Of a stretch of 64,000 bases of DNA, positions 27,555 to 40,279 are shown in pieces. The translations under genes were made by a program, and so were the position numbers. Each line of letters begins with the position of its first letter. Position 1 is the first letter of the stretch. The stretch covers positions 28,892,001 to 28,956,000 of the forward strand of contig OX597820.1 of NCBI GenBank assembly GCA_951406725.2, read 5' to 3'. This stretch comes from Octopus vulgaris (Eukaryota). The notes under the pieces are model-generated. The model had not been told where the DNA came from and did no database searches. It worked only from the letters and a program-made list of their open reading frames with translations.

Positions 27555-28302
27555 TTCTATTTCTTTATTGTCCACAAGGGGCTAAACATAGAGGGCACAA
27601 ACAAGGACAGACAAAGGGATTAAGTCGGTTACGTCGACCCCAGTGCGTAACTGGTACTTAATTTATCGACCCTGAAAGGGTTAAAGGCTAAGTCGACCTC
27701 GGCGGAATTTGAACTCAGAACGTAGCTGCAGACGAAATACGTATTTCTTTACTACCCACAAGGGGCTAAACACAGAGAGAACAAACAAGGACAGACAAAC
27801 GGATTAAGTCGATTATATCGACCCCAGTGCGTAACTAGTACTTATTTAATCGATCCCGTAAGGATGAAAGACAAAGTCGACCTCGGCGGAATTTGAACCC
27901 AGAACGTAACGGCAGACGAAATACCTATTTCATTACTGCCCACAAGGGGTTAAACACAGGGGAGACAAACAAGGACAAACAAAACGGATCAAGTCGATTA
28001 TATCGACCCCAGTGCGTAACTAGTACTTATTTAATCGAGCCCGAAAGGATGAAAGACAAAGTCGACCTCGGCGGAATTTGAACTCAGAACGTAGCTGCAG
28101 ACGAAATACGTATTTCTTTACTACCCACAAGAACAAACAAGGACAGACAAACGGAATAAGTCGATTAGACTGGTAGTTAATTTATCGACCCCGAAAGAAT
28201 GAAAGGCAAAGTAGACCTCTGTGGAATTTGAACTCAGAACGTAAGGGCAGACGAAATACAGCTAAGCATTTCGCTCGGTGTGCTAATGTTTCTGCCAGCT
28301 CA
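27555..28302 (-). mobile_element. Head-to-tail tetramer of SINE family A (long, Tx1-like tail)
   Basis: Four ~180-bp units (~27555-27741, 27742-27925, 27926-28110, 28111-28302); only the last carries the 5' A-box head. Confidence 0.9.
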
Positions 28303-28324
28303 ATTTCACCCATAAAGATGGGAA

Positions 28325-28436
28325 TGATTCAAAGCTACAGTAAAAAAAATACACTTGCCCAAAGTCCCACGCAGCGAGATTACATTCAAACTCACATAGT
28401 TGAAATCTGAATATCTTAGCCATACAGCTATGCCTA
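28325..28436 (-). mobile_element. SINE family B head fragment, diverged
   Basis: gctacagta..acacttgcccaaagtcccacgcag..cttagccatacagctatgcct. Confidence 0.55.
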
Positions 28437-29574
28437 GTTCATAAACGATGGACAGTATTATGCTTTCAGCAAGCAAATTGGTAGCTTGATATTAATTCTA
28501 TTTATTCGTTTGTGGTCTTTAATTCGTCTGGGGGGGGGTCAGAAGTTGTTTGTACTTTTACGTTTGATCAGGATAAATGGCGATGTAACAAGAACTAAGG
28601 AACACAAAGGAACACACTTGAAAGCGCTTTAGACTTCTTGAATTATTTCCCTCGTGCTTTATCAGATCGATAAAATAAGTAACAAACGAATTACTGGGTT
28701 CCATATGATCGATTTGAGTGGTGGTGTCCCAGTTTGGCCGCAGGCTAATGAATGAAGCGAAGAAGGCAAATAGAATAAGATGGAATCGAAACGTAGAGGC
28801 TCACTTATTATTGCTGTCGCGATTGTAGTTCATGGTGATGATGGTAATGATAACGTTGCTTTGGTTACTGTTGTTGTTTTTGTTGATGATGAAAATTTTG
28901 ACTTTGTTATTTAACTATAAAACATCTCTAATCAAGTTGCAGATTTATGATTAGAGACAATCCATTTATGACCGTCGCACCATCTTTTTCATATATGCTA
29001 ATATACCGAGGCAATATAATCCAACGCGTCTTTTTCTAAGACCTTAGAAGATTCTGGAAGATTTCGCTGCTATTTAGAGCAGATCGAGCGAACATTTAGA
29101 GGCTATTTCATTAACCCTATTGGGCAGCTTGTTGTAGCAGATCACGGCAGAACTTAGAATTTCCCTCATTGGCTTGTAAAAGCTCTATTATTCATTATAT
29201 TGGATTGGAATAACTGTTCTGCACAAAATAAAGATTACCAAGGAAATGGGTTTTATACATCGAACTGTCTATATGCATCGCCTGTATGCACTCTCATAAC
29301 TCTCAGGAGAAAGTTTTCCTGTGTTATTTTATAGATATTTCTCCCCATTTCTATTCCGATCCTGCAGACATTATCAAGGACATTCCGATCAAAATCACTC
29401 CAAGATATTATATCCAAAACATCGTCAACTTTGTTTGTCGTTAAGAATATGGGCTGTGATATGAGGTAAATTCTGATGAGATTAACAAGTTAAGCTCCCG
29501 TACAGAAGTTCCCTAGCTGGATCGTCGTTCATGTGTTATATATCCAAGGAGCATGCATTTTCAGCCTTAATTGT

Positions 29575-29840
29575 TCCTGCTCACCTTCAAATAATTTGAG
29601 TAGAATGTTTCACCTAATATCAAATGATCGACTCCCAACTAAGTAATTTTATGTACATAAACAAAATATCAAAGGAACAAAAACTGGTCCTTGGGAAACA
29701 ACTCTGTACGGTTCTGCTTGCTGTGAAAACATGCCACCATTAAACATCAAATCCTACCGTTTTCTTTTGATATATTACAAAGACATTTTTCGAGGAATTC
29801 TACAATTCCTATTTAGTTCAGTTTTCGATGGTTGATTTCT
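29575..29840 (-). mobile_element. Degenerate LINE reverse-transcriptase fragment (CR1/L2-type)
   Basis: The minus strand reads NGGMFSQQAEPYRVVSQGPVFVPLIFCL, matching the NG..S....V.SGVPQGSVLGPLLF motif. Confidence 0.55.
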
Positions 29841-29864
29841 CATGGAACGCCTTCAAGAAGTTTA

Positions 29865-29943
<79 letters not shown>

Positions 29944-31414
29944 TTCGTTCTATTCCATTCAATGTTTGTCCATGCAAGAAAAATCAGTGTGTATGTAACC
30001 ATAGAAATAAATGTTTCACTGAAAGCATATACTTACGCACCCACATATACACACACACACACACACACACCAGCATACACACACACACCACCAAACAAAC
30101 AACGCATACACACACACATACACATATGTATATCAAGAGGACACCGCTTGGGTTATAACCCTGTCTACATAAGTGTGTATATGTGTGTGTATACGTGTGT
30201 GTGTATGTGTGTGAGTGTATATCAATGTATGTATGCATGTATGTATGTATGTATGTATGTATGCATGTATGTATGTATGTATGTATGCATGTCTACATGT
30301 ATGTATGTATACATGTATGTATGTATATATATGGAATGGGTTTGTGATAGAGTTGTATGTGAGTGTAATGATTTAAGACTAGAATTTGAAATGTATGTAT
30401 ACAACTGTATGTGTAGTTGTTTATAAGACATATATATATATATATATACACGCATACACACAATACTCGCAAACATACATTATATATGTGTGCGTGTGTT
30501 AAGTTTATATATGTACATAAAAATATACCTATATATATAAATATACACGCGCACGTATACATATATATATATATACATGCATAGATGTATATGCAGGTAT
30601 ATAGATAAAGGTGTATATCAGTAGGTGTGTGTATGCATGTTTGTGTTCGTGTGTTGTTGCACCTATTGTCTGTGAGTGTACGTTTGTGTGTCTGTGTGTG
30701 TGTGTATGTGCGTGCGCCTTAATGAATGCATGTATGGCATATGTTCTTCGTTGGTTAATTCCTTTCCTGTTCCCGTCTCCTATTTTCTCATACTTTTCCC
30801 ATGGATCCGTTATAGATAGCCTAAAGTAGAGAAGGACAAAACAGATACGGAAACAGGCAGAGACGGAGAGGACCAGAGAAAGACAGAGAGCGAGCGAGAG
30901 ACAAAGAGAGCTCTCTCGATTACGCCATCTTTAATTTAAATACCAAAACGACGTTGTCATGTGACAGGTAACTAGAATGCTCTTCCATGAAGGTACATAT
31001 TCTTTCATGTTTCCTTATTATTCCTACCGTTTGTTGTAGTTGTTTTTGTTGTTTGTGTTACTTTTGTTCTGTTTTCCTTTGTTGTTTGTTGGTGTGAGGA
31101 GATTTTCTTGTTTGTGTTGCTTTTGTCCGTTTGTTTTTCCTTTCTTTGTTTCCTCTTCTAGTTTTCATTTATGTTTGTGTTTTGCGCGCGAGCGTGTGTA
31201 TGTATATGTGTATGTGTATGTGTGTGTGAATCAGTGTGTGCGCATGCGCGTCCGTTTAATACTTGGATGCTTGACGTCAGCATCTCTGCTTCTGCACGTT
31301 CCACAAGCAATTAGATTAATGCAACGGATCATCATCGCATATGGTGAATTCAAAGAAAATTAGCTCTGAGGCATGTCTTTCTTAAAACGGCACCGATCGA
31401 TACACCACTATCAC

Positions 31415-32480
<1,066 letters not shown>

Positions 32481-32496
32481 GATGTTGATGATAATA

Positions 32497-32925
32497 AACA
32501 TGTTTTCTTTTACTTGCCACAAGGACATCGTATAAGGGAAACATTACAAGACACTTTCAAAGACAGTTTACAATCTTGTGTGGAGAATTACATAAAAAAA
32601 ATGAGGGACAGAGTAAGAGAAAGCGGGGAAATGTGATGTGAAGACATGAATGATCCACTTTTCTTAACGGAAGAGAATCTCCAGTTAAAACCAAACAACG
32701 AACCCCACAAACCCAGAACCTCACTTGCCACCAAGGACACAAATCATTAACTAACTGTTGTTTTTCAATCTACAGGTGCATGCTTAGGGTAGTTCCATTC
32801 ACCCCAAACCAATTGACAAAATTTGCCAGGATGGGGTAGGGGAGAATTTCCTTTTCGATTCCAACATCCTTTTCCAGTTTGATGGGGATTTGACTTAAGA
32901 AGAAAATGCCTGTCCCATAACGATA
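32497..32925 (-). mobile_element. Degenerate L1-Tx1-like LINE 3' end
   Basis: Minus strand LEKDVGIEKEILP..NFVNW is comparable to LERKLRLEREILSP.KFVEMW at ~49500; terminal ccttgtggcaagtaaaagaaaa. Confidence 0.5.
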
Positions 32926-33619
32926 ATTTTGGCTTATTTTCTATTTAAAATTTCGTTTTTGGATTTCGTTTGCAATATTCTTTATGTGAGTTCGTGTGTT
33001 GAAGCATATTCTGTTCTGTCTGGGGAGAGTCGTTTTGTTTTAGTGCCTTATTATGTAACACTCTCACCGGTAAAATTTCCACTTATTTCTTATTTTTATT
33101 TCCCTAAAATTTTCGTTGCGTCTTGCAACCTTTTCAAGTCTTGAGTCTGTCCGTTATTTACACTGCGTTCTTTTTTATTTGTTTGTGCGCATGTGTGTCT
33201 GTCATTGTGTGTGTGTGGGTGCCTATGCATGCATGCATATACGTATGTATGTGTGTATGTATGTATTTATGTATGCATGTGTGTATGTATACATGTATGC
33301 ATATGTATATATGTATGTATGTGTGTGCATCTGTATGTATGTATTTTGCATATTCATGTGCTTGCATGTCTGTGTTTGTGTATTTTCTATGTATATGTGT
33401 GTGTGAGCGTGTGTTTGTATATGTATGCACCTCTGTCTCCTTGTGTATGCATGTCTGTGCGTGTGTATGTGTATGTGTGTTTTGCAACTATGTACCATGT
33501 TTGTATGTATGGATGTGCATCTCTATATGTGTGGACCCGTGTCTCCATATGTATCGTGTAACAGTGATAATTATTAATCACAATAATGGAATTAGTGACA
33601 ATGATTTATCGTTAGGAAT

Positions 33620-33645
33620 GATACTACTACTACTACTACTACTAC

Positions 33646-33690
<45 letters not shown>

Positions 33691-34019
33691 AACTACTACC
33701 ACCACCACCAGCGCTATTACTACTACAACTTCTACCACCTCCATAAACACCACCACCACTACTACTGCTAATATTACCACCACCACTACCACTACTACAA
33801 TTACTATTACTACTACCTTCACCGTCATCACCACCACCAAACTACCACTACTGCTACTACTACTACTGCTACTACTACTACTGCTAAAATAACCACCACT
33901 ACCACTATTACTACTGTTACCACCACCACCACCTCTGCTACTAGTATTACAATAACCACCTCTACTACCACTACAATTACTACCGCTACTACTACCGCCG
34001 CCACCACTACCACTACTAT

Positions 34020-34058
<39 letters not shown>

Positions 34059-34060
34059 AA
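33620..34060. repeat. Mixed (ACT)n/(AAT)n/(ACC)n trinucleotide low-complexity tract
   Basis: Directly visible. Confidence 0.9.
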
Positions 34061-34121
34061 TCATTTCTAAAAGGGAAATTGATATCGCTACCGTGGTTGT
34101 TGTAATTACTTTTACGTTTAA

Positions 34122-34330
34122 TGCTACTTGTTTCAGTCATTGAAGTGCGGCCATGCTGGAGCACCACTTTGTAACGCTTCCACAAACGAATCGATCCCAG
34201 TTCTTATCTCCAGTCCGGTGCATATTCTATTGGTTTCTTTTTACCGAACCACTAAGTTTAGAGGAAGTAAGCAAACCAACACCGTTTGCTAAGTGGTGGC
34301 AAGGAGTGAAACTGAAAGCCACGCGGTGAT
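34122..34330 (-). mobile_element. SINE family B 3' part
   Basis: tacttgtttcagtcattgaagtgcggccatgctggagcacc..accgaaccactaagtt. Confidence 0.8.
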
Positions 34331-34419
34331 ATACACACACATACACGCAAGTATCAACACACACACAAACACACACACAGAGCACCCCTGCGCTTATATA
34401 TATATATATATATATAAAC

Positions 34420-35008
34420 AATAATAAATCTCTGAAGAGGTATAAACAGTAGCTGCACAACAACGTGAAGTATATTTGCCACATAAATGTGGCTAACCAC
34501 TAAGGGTGGTTTTTCGAGATCAGTAACTAAGGGTGGATGCTACTGTAGCTTGTAACCCCAGGAGAACATCTTCTCCAGCTGGCTATTGACACACTTTCTG
34601 TGTCCTATCAGTATTTGCAAAGGGAAGCCATCCTTCCCATCGTCGACCTGACGTGATACGCACGGAGCGGGTTTCTGGGTATTTACCCGTCGTCAGCGAA
34701 CGACAATCACCGGTCTTTGATGCGAAGGGGTCCCAATGCAAACACATATATCTTTTTTCCAGTGACGAAAAGTCACTGATCTCGAAAAAGTGAAAACAAG
34801 TAATAATAAATCTCTGAACGAGATATAAACAGTAGCTGCACAACGTGAAGTATATTTGCCACTTAAATGAGGCTAACCACTAAGGGTAATCAGTGACTTT
34901 TCGTCACTGGAAAAAATATATATGTGTTTGCATTGGGACCCCTTCGCATCGAAGAACGGTGATTGTCGTGCGCTGACGACGGATAAGTACCCAGAAACCC
35001 GAAAGGCT
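34420..35008. mobile_element. Hammerhead-containing non-autonomous retroelement (retrozyme / Penelope pLTR-like) with direct and inverted duplications
   Basis: 34420-34508 is repeated at 34802-34887 (period ~381 nt). 34888-35001 is the inverted copy of 34668-34781. Hammerhead motifs lie on both strands and (TA)n flanks the element. Confidence 0.75.
34657..34703 (-). ncRNA. Type I hammerhead-ribozyme-like motif with stem III shortened by a deletion
   Basis: Minus strand: cguucg-CUGACGA-c gggua aa uaccc a-GAAA-cccg c-UC-cgugcg. Confidence 0.65.
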
Positions 35009-35009
35009 A
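34967..35009 (+). ncRNA. Type I hammerhead-ribozyme-like motif, truncated at about the cleavage site
   Basis: cgugcg-CUGACGA-c ggaua ag uaccc a-GAAA-ccc gaaa ggc-U, then (AT)n. Confidence 0.65.
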
Positions 35010-35031
35010 TATATATGTATTTATACGTATA

Positions 35032-35430
35032 TTCTTTTCTACTCTAGGCACGTCGTCCGAAATTTTGGGTGAGAGGTCCAGTCGAGTAAATCGAACTCAG
35101 TACGCAACTGGTACTTAATTTATGGACCCCAAAAGGATGAAAGGAAAAGTAGACCTCGGCGGAATTTGAACTCAGAACGTAAAGACAAATGAAATACCTA
35201 TTTCTTTACTACCCACAAGGAGCTAAACACAGAGAGGACAAACAAGGACAGACAAACGGATTAAGTCGATTACATCGACCCCAGTGCGTAACTGGTACTT
35301 ATTTAATCGACCCTGAAAGGATGAAAGGCAAAGTCGACCTCGGCGGAATTTGAACTCAGAACGTAGCGGCAGACGAAAAATCGCTAAGCATTTCACCCGG
35401 CATGTTAACGTTTCTGCAAGCTCGCCGCTT
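35032..35430 (-). mobile_element. Head-to-tail dimer of SINE family A (long-tail unit followed by short-tail unit)
   Basis: The junction gaaatacctatttctttactacccacaagg at ~35191-35220 matches the junctions in the 27555-28302 array. Confidence 0.9.
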
Positions 35431-36159
35431 TATATTTATACATACATTATGCGTCAGGCTTCGTAGATTTTTAAAAATACATTAGGAAAATCCATAGAAA
35501 TAGATTAGCAACTCGAAAAACTGTGTTCTCCACAATTCTGTTAGACACAACAATTATAATTTAATAAAAATAGCGTAAGAAATATATTTCTCTATTTTTA
35601 TCCAAAATTTTGACCCGAAAAACACAGTTTTTTTTCTACTATTTCTTAATTTTTCATTTTCAATCTTTAACCTTCCGTATGAAGTAATGCCATTGTGTAT
35701 TTGTCTGATCTCCAGGGTACCACAAAATCAAAAAGAATGCCAGTGGAGTTAGAAGCTTCTTTACTGGACCGTGACTCTCTTTCCCTCTTCCTATATCTCT
35801 CTATCTATCTATCTATCTATGCGTCTTTCACTCTTCTCCTTTCTCTCTCTCCACCTGTTCTATTTCTCTCTATCTCATCGTCTCTCTTCCTCTCTCTCTG
35901 TTCTACCCCCTTCTCTCTCAATCTCTCTCTCTCTGTCTCTCGCTCTCCCCCTCTTTCTGGTTTGATAATAGTAGGTGATGAGTGAGAAGTGTTGTCTCGA
36001 TGGTTTCTTTCAAAGGTGGTGATTGTTATGGTGCAGATGAAAGGAGAAACAGACGATGATGGTAAAGTTCGAAGCTGTAGAAGTACTTATAGCGTTGAGA
36101 TGGGTGGTGTTGATAGTGATGCTAGTGGCTAGCATTTATAGCGTCGACGTAACGTGTGT

Positions 36160-36160
36160 T

Positions 36161-36226
<66 letters not shown>

Positions 36227-36239
36227 CTGGAGCAGTGGC

Positions 36240-36321
<82 letters not shown>

Positions 36322-36365
36322 TTGGAGCAGTGGCAGTAGTAGTAGTAGTAGTAGTAGTAGCATCT

Positions 36366-36420
<55 letters not shown>

Positions 36421-36429
36421 TAGTAGTAG
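36160..36429. repeat. (GTA)n array with a duplicated interruption tggagcagtggca and an embedded (GCA)n
   Basis: Directly visible. Confidence 0.95.
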
Positions 36430-36903
36430 AATCTTGAACGTACAAACCTTCGATCAAAGAAGGTGTTCCAACTGTGGCGATCCAAAGTGTATCATATCCA
36501 CTAGGAGCATGTTTGTTTCCCTTTATTTTCATTATCCAAAGAGGGCAAGTTGTGATGTGATACGTAGATGATTTAGATGCTATTTCTAGCAGGGCAGGAT
36601 ACCATATATGCGAAGAGATTTAACTTTGGTAGAAGCTGTATGATGATTGATGCGCTCATAGTTGTAATGGTTGCCGCTGTTGTTTCAGTAGTTATGCAGA
36701 CAAGGAAACAAAGCATTCGTTAAGTTAACTTGTGAGAGGCGATAAAAATGGCATCTCATTCAAACATTGACAGTGACAGATGTCTGGTAAAACCAAAAAC
36801 AAAACTGAAAGCGTTAGAGTATAGCGAAATAGACAACTAAGAATCTTCAGGATACTTTATATGTGTTTATATATGTGTTTATGCATATACACACACGGAC
36901 AAA

Positions 36904-37123
36904 CGAGGGAGACCTAAAAATTTCGTGGCTTTGAGTAAAAGAAAATATAGGAGGATCGGTTAATTATGACATTATTCACCATACTTCCCTCTAAGATTCA
37001 CGCGCTAATCGTAGAGGCATTTCAGTTTTTCTAAGCCCAGTAAAAGAACTCGGAAGGTTGTGCCTTCAACAAGGCTTTTCCTGATACCCTAAAGGCGAGG
37101 AACTTTTCAGATGAACCCACTCG
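36904..37123. mobile_element. Mariner-derived MITE (family M)
   Basis: Collinear with 8441-8646; right TIR aggaacttttcag..actcg. Confidence 0.8.
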
Positions 37124-37150
37124 TGTGTGTGTGTGTATGTGTGTGTGTGT

Positions 37151-37193
<43 letters not shown>

Positions 37194-37210
37194 TATATGT
37201 GTGTGTGTGT

Positions 37211-37250
37211 GTCTTTCTGTAGAAGAGCGTAGGCTCGAAACGTAAAGGAC
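37211..37250 (+). ncRNA. Minimal type I hammerhead-ribozyme-like motif at the start of a 130-bp repeat (37211-37340)
   Basis: gucuuu-CUGUAGA-a gagc guag gcuc-GAAA-cg-UA-aaggac. Six-bp stem I, 4-bp stem II, palindromic acgu stem III; the core has U at the conserved A6. Confidence 0.6.
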
Positions 37251-37336
37251 TTTTCTATTCCTGGGCGTTATACTAATACATCTGTTTGTTTTGTACACCA
37301 CCTGTCTTCGTCTTTTGTTTTTTTTTCGTAAACTCT

Positions 37337-37410
<74 letters not shown>

Positions 37411-37413
<3 letters not shown>

Positions 37414-37507
37414 CCTGCTCACCTAGCCAGCGGGTTGGCATCATTCGAATTGCATTGTGTCCAGAGATGTATGGCAACATCCAATCGTCTGATCGATAGC
37501 GTGCTCT

Positions 37508-37512
<5 letters not shown>
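37411..37512. repeat. Short unassigned ~100-bp insertion between (TA)n tracts, probably a retroposon 3' end
   Basis: Complex GC-richer segment bounded by pure TA runs on both sides. Confidence 0.4.
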
Positions 37513-37553
<41 letters not shown>

Positions 37554-37555
<2 letters not shown>

Positions 37556-38618
37556 CCTAGCGAATAGAACACATGTTGTAGTTGATGGAGTCCACTCAAA
37601 CCCAGCAAAAGTCACCAGCGGTGTTCCCCAGGGAACTGTTTTGGGTCCGTTACTCTTCATAATTTATGTAAACGACCTTTCCAGTGTCGTACATCACTGC
37701 AAAGTGAAAATATTCGCTGATGACACTAAGCTCCAGCAAATCGTCAATGAAGAAGCAGACCGAACTCAACTCCAGTCTGACCTATATGCTGTGAGTCAAT
37801 GGGCAGACAGAAACAAAATGCAACTGAATGAGGGAAAATTTGAGCTGATGCATTTTGGAAGAAATTCCTCACTAAAACAACCATACTCTCTTCCTTCAGG
37901 GGAACCGCTCACAGCCTCTAACAATATCAGAGACCTGGGTGTAATTGTTGATGACGATCTCAGTTGGAGTGCACACATCAACAAGAAGGTCGATACAGCT
38001 CGTAGGATGAGTTCCTGGATCTTAAGAACTTTCCGGTCCAGAGAACAAGGTGTCATCATACCACTTTTTTCATCCTTTGTACGGCCACACCTTGAATACT
38101 GCTGCCCACTGTGGTCTCCTCACACAAGACAAAACATCTCCAGAATTGAGTCACCCCAGAGGGCTCTCACTAAACAAATTGAAGGCATGGCTGCTCTCGA
38201 TTATTGGGATCGCCTTAAAGCCTTGAAACTTTACTCCCTCCAGCGTCGCCGTGAGCGGTACATCATTTGTACGATGTGGAAAATATACCGCCAACTTTGC
38301 CCAAACGACCTAAACATTAGCTTCAAGGTTCATCCGAGACTTGGACCACGGGCTATACGTCCCCTGCCAAATTCAAGATCACAACATACATGTACACTGC
38401 AACATAATTTCTTTTCCTCAACAGGCCCTGCCCTATTTAACATTGTCCCGAGGGAGATCAAAGAGGAAAAGGATCCCATCAACTTCAAACAGAGTCTGGA
38501 TAGATTCCTTCAAAGAATACCAGATAAGCCACCCATAATTGGATACAACTCACCCAACAAGAACTCACTACTTGAACAAAACTGGATACAACTCACCCAA
38601 CAAGAACTCACTACTTGA
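37554..38618 (+). CDS. C-terminal half of a non-LTR reverse transcriptase (ORF2); no genuine start codon
   Basis: About 354 uninterrupted codons in ORF 37509..38618; the first 15 aa come from the microsatellite. Confidence 0.85.
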
Positions 38619-38729
38619 ACAAAACTTGACTTAAACAGGATTTGAATAATCCTATCAGGTGGTGCTATTAAGTTAGACATGGCCTGGACCAATCTCTGGT
38701 CGAAACATATCTAAGTTTTATCTAAGTTT

Positions 38730-38732
<3 letters not shown>
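37554..38732 (+). mobile_element. 5'-truncated CR1-group LINE (CR1/L2/Daphne-type) inserted in (TA)n
   Basis: RT motifs SGVPQGTVLGPLLF, FADDTKL, RDLGV, RPHLEYC and LYSLQRRRER; 3' stem-loop gacca-atctc-tggtc; tail (atctaagtttt)2. Confidence 0.95.
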
Positions 38733-38793
<61 letters not shown>

Positions 38794-38800
<7 letters not shown>

Positions 38801-39171
38801 GGGAGTAAATCCAAACTTACAGGGAAAGATTAGATTTAGGATAAAATCTAATTTTACAGTATAAATATATATATATTAAATTAGAGATAAAACCACTATT
38901 AGGCAAATCAAACAGTGAAAAATATAAACCAATACATAGAAATAAAATTAATTAATATAATATACAAAATATATAAAATCTAAATTCAAAATTTAAATTA
39001 TTTAAATTTAAAGTTAAAATTTAAAAAATTATTTAAATTATTAATTTATACTTATAAATTTATATATATATATATATTTTTTATTATTATTCTTTTTTTA
39101 TATATAAATATAACTATCAAAAAGTATTAAAGAGTACTGTTTGATTTGCCTAAAAGTGGTTTTATCTCTAA

Positions 39172-39178
<7 letters not shown>
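38794..39178. mobile_element. Family E (Penelope-pLTR-like) fragment with an inverted end
   Basis: ttaaattagagataaaaccactattaggcaaatcaaacag (~38877-38914) recurs inverted at ~39137-39177; homologous to 17945-18282. Confidence 0.65.
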
Positions 39179-39215
<37 letters not shown>

Positions 39216-39573
39216 GTATGTATATATGTATATATAATATACATACATACATACATACATACATACATACATACATACATACATACATACATACATACAT
39301 ACATACAATGCAGTCATCTCATTTACACTTACAACACTATCGTCACTTCACAATAACTAAAATAATTTATGTAATATGTACGCAAAACGTAAATTTTAAA
39401 TTAACAGAAACAAAAATTTAGCAATACAGGATATAATGACGAAACAACCAGAAAGCAACAGGATAACAAATGAATGAGCTAATAGAAAAACGATAAGTAA
39501 AAACAGGATATAGATTCACAAATTCGATACGATTATGCAGCCAACTAGAACCACATTAGTTTCTCTAATTTGC

Positions 39574-39911
39574 ATGCTGAGACCGCCTTCGGTCATGACT
39601 GACCATGGGATTGCACCTAGAAAGTTATCCTCCCAGACACAAGTCCGGGCAAGGTTGTTTATTGAAGACCAGCAGTCGCCCATGCATAGCAACTTCCCCT
39701 CTTCACGCCACCGTTGCTATCCAAGGGAAAAGCAAAATCCGATACAGCTTAGCACCTGTGACGTCACAACTCATTTCTACAGCTGAGTAAACTGGTGCAA
39801 CGTGAAAAAAAGTGTCTTGCTCAAGAACACAACACCTAGCCCGGTCCGGGATTCGAACTCACAACTTCACGATTGTAAGCTCGACCTTCTAACCACTGAG
39901 CCATGCGCCTT
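39574..39911 (-). mobile_element. SINE family C (tRNA-derived), full length
   Basis: The minus-strand head aggcgcatggctcagtggttag..gagttcgaatcccgg has clear A and B boxes; core tgtgttcttgagcaagacactt; 3' hairpin ggtcagtcatgacc. Confidence 0.85.
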
Positions 39912-40279
39912 CACCTCATTTGCATATTGATGTAGATATTAGTGAATCAATTTCGTTAATATATCTAAATTTTACAAATCATGCTCATAGCGTTATACGC
40001 TTATATATCCCACAGCTGTAGTATCCGTATCAATTAATTCACGTTGTTAACATTTCGATTAAGCGCAGAAACAAAAGCTATTTTAGTTCCATCCGAGTGA
40101 ATGTGTACTATAATTAGAAACAATTTACTATTCTCTGTCACCAGGAGTGAGTAATCAATTTCTGAAGAAACTTTATGAAAATCTATATATAGTTAGATTG
40201 ATTGTTTTCCTTTTTTTGTCCGCCAGAAAATTCCTGTACCTTTTTTCACAGAGTTTACATTGTACAGTATTGTTTAATA

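Noticed and set aside
39840-39911. tRNA gene (also 41485-41553 and the SINE A/B heads)
   Set aside because: A/B boxes are present but no complete cloverleaf can be drawn; most continue into SINE bodies.
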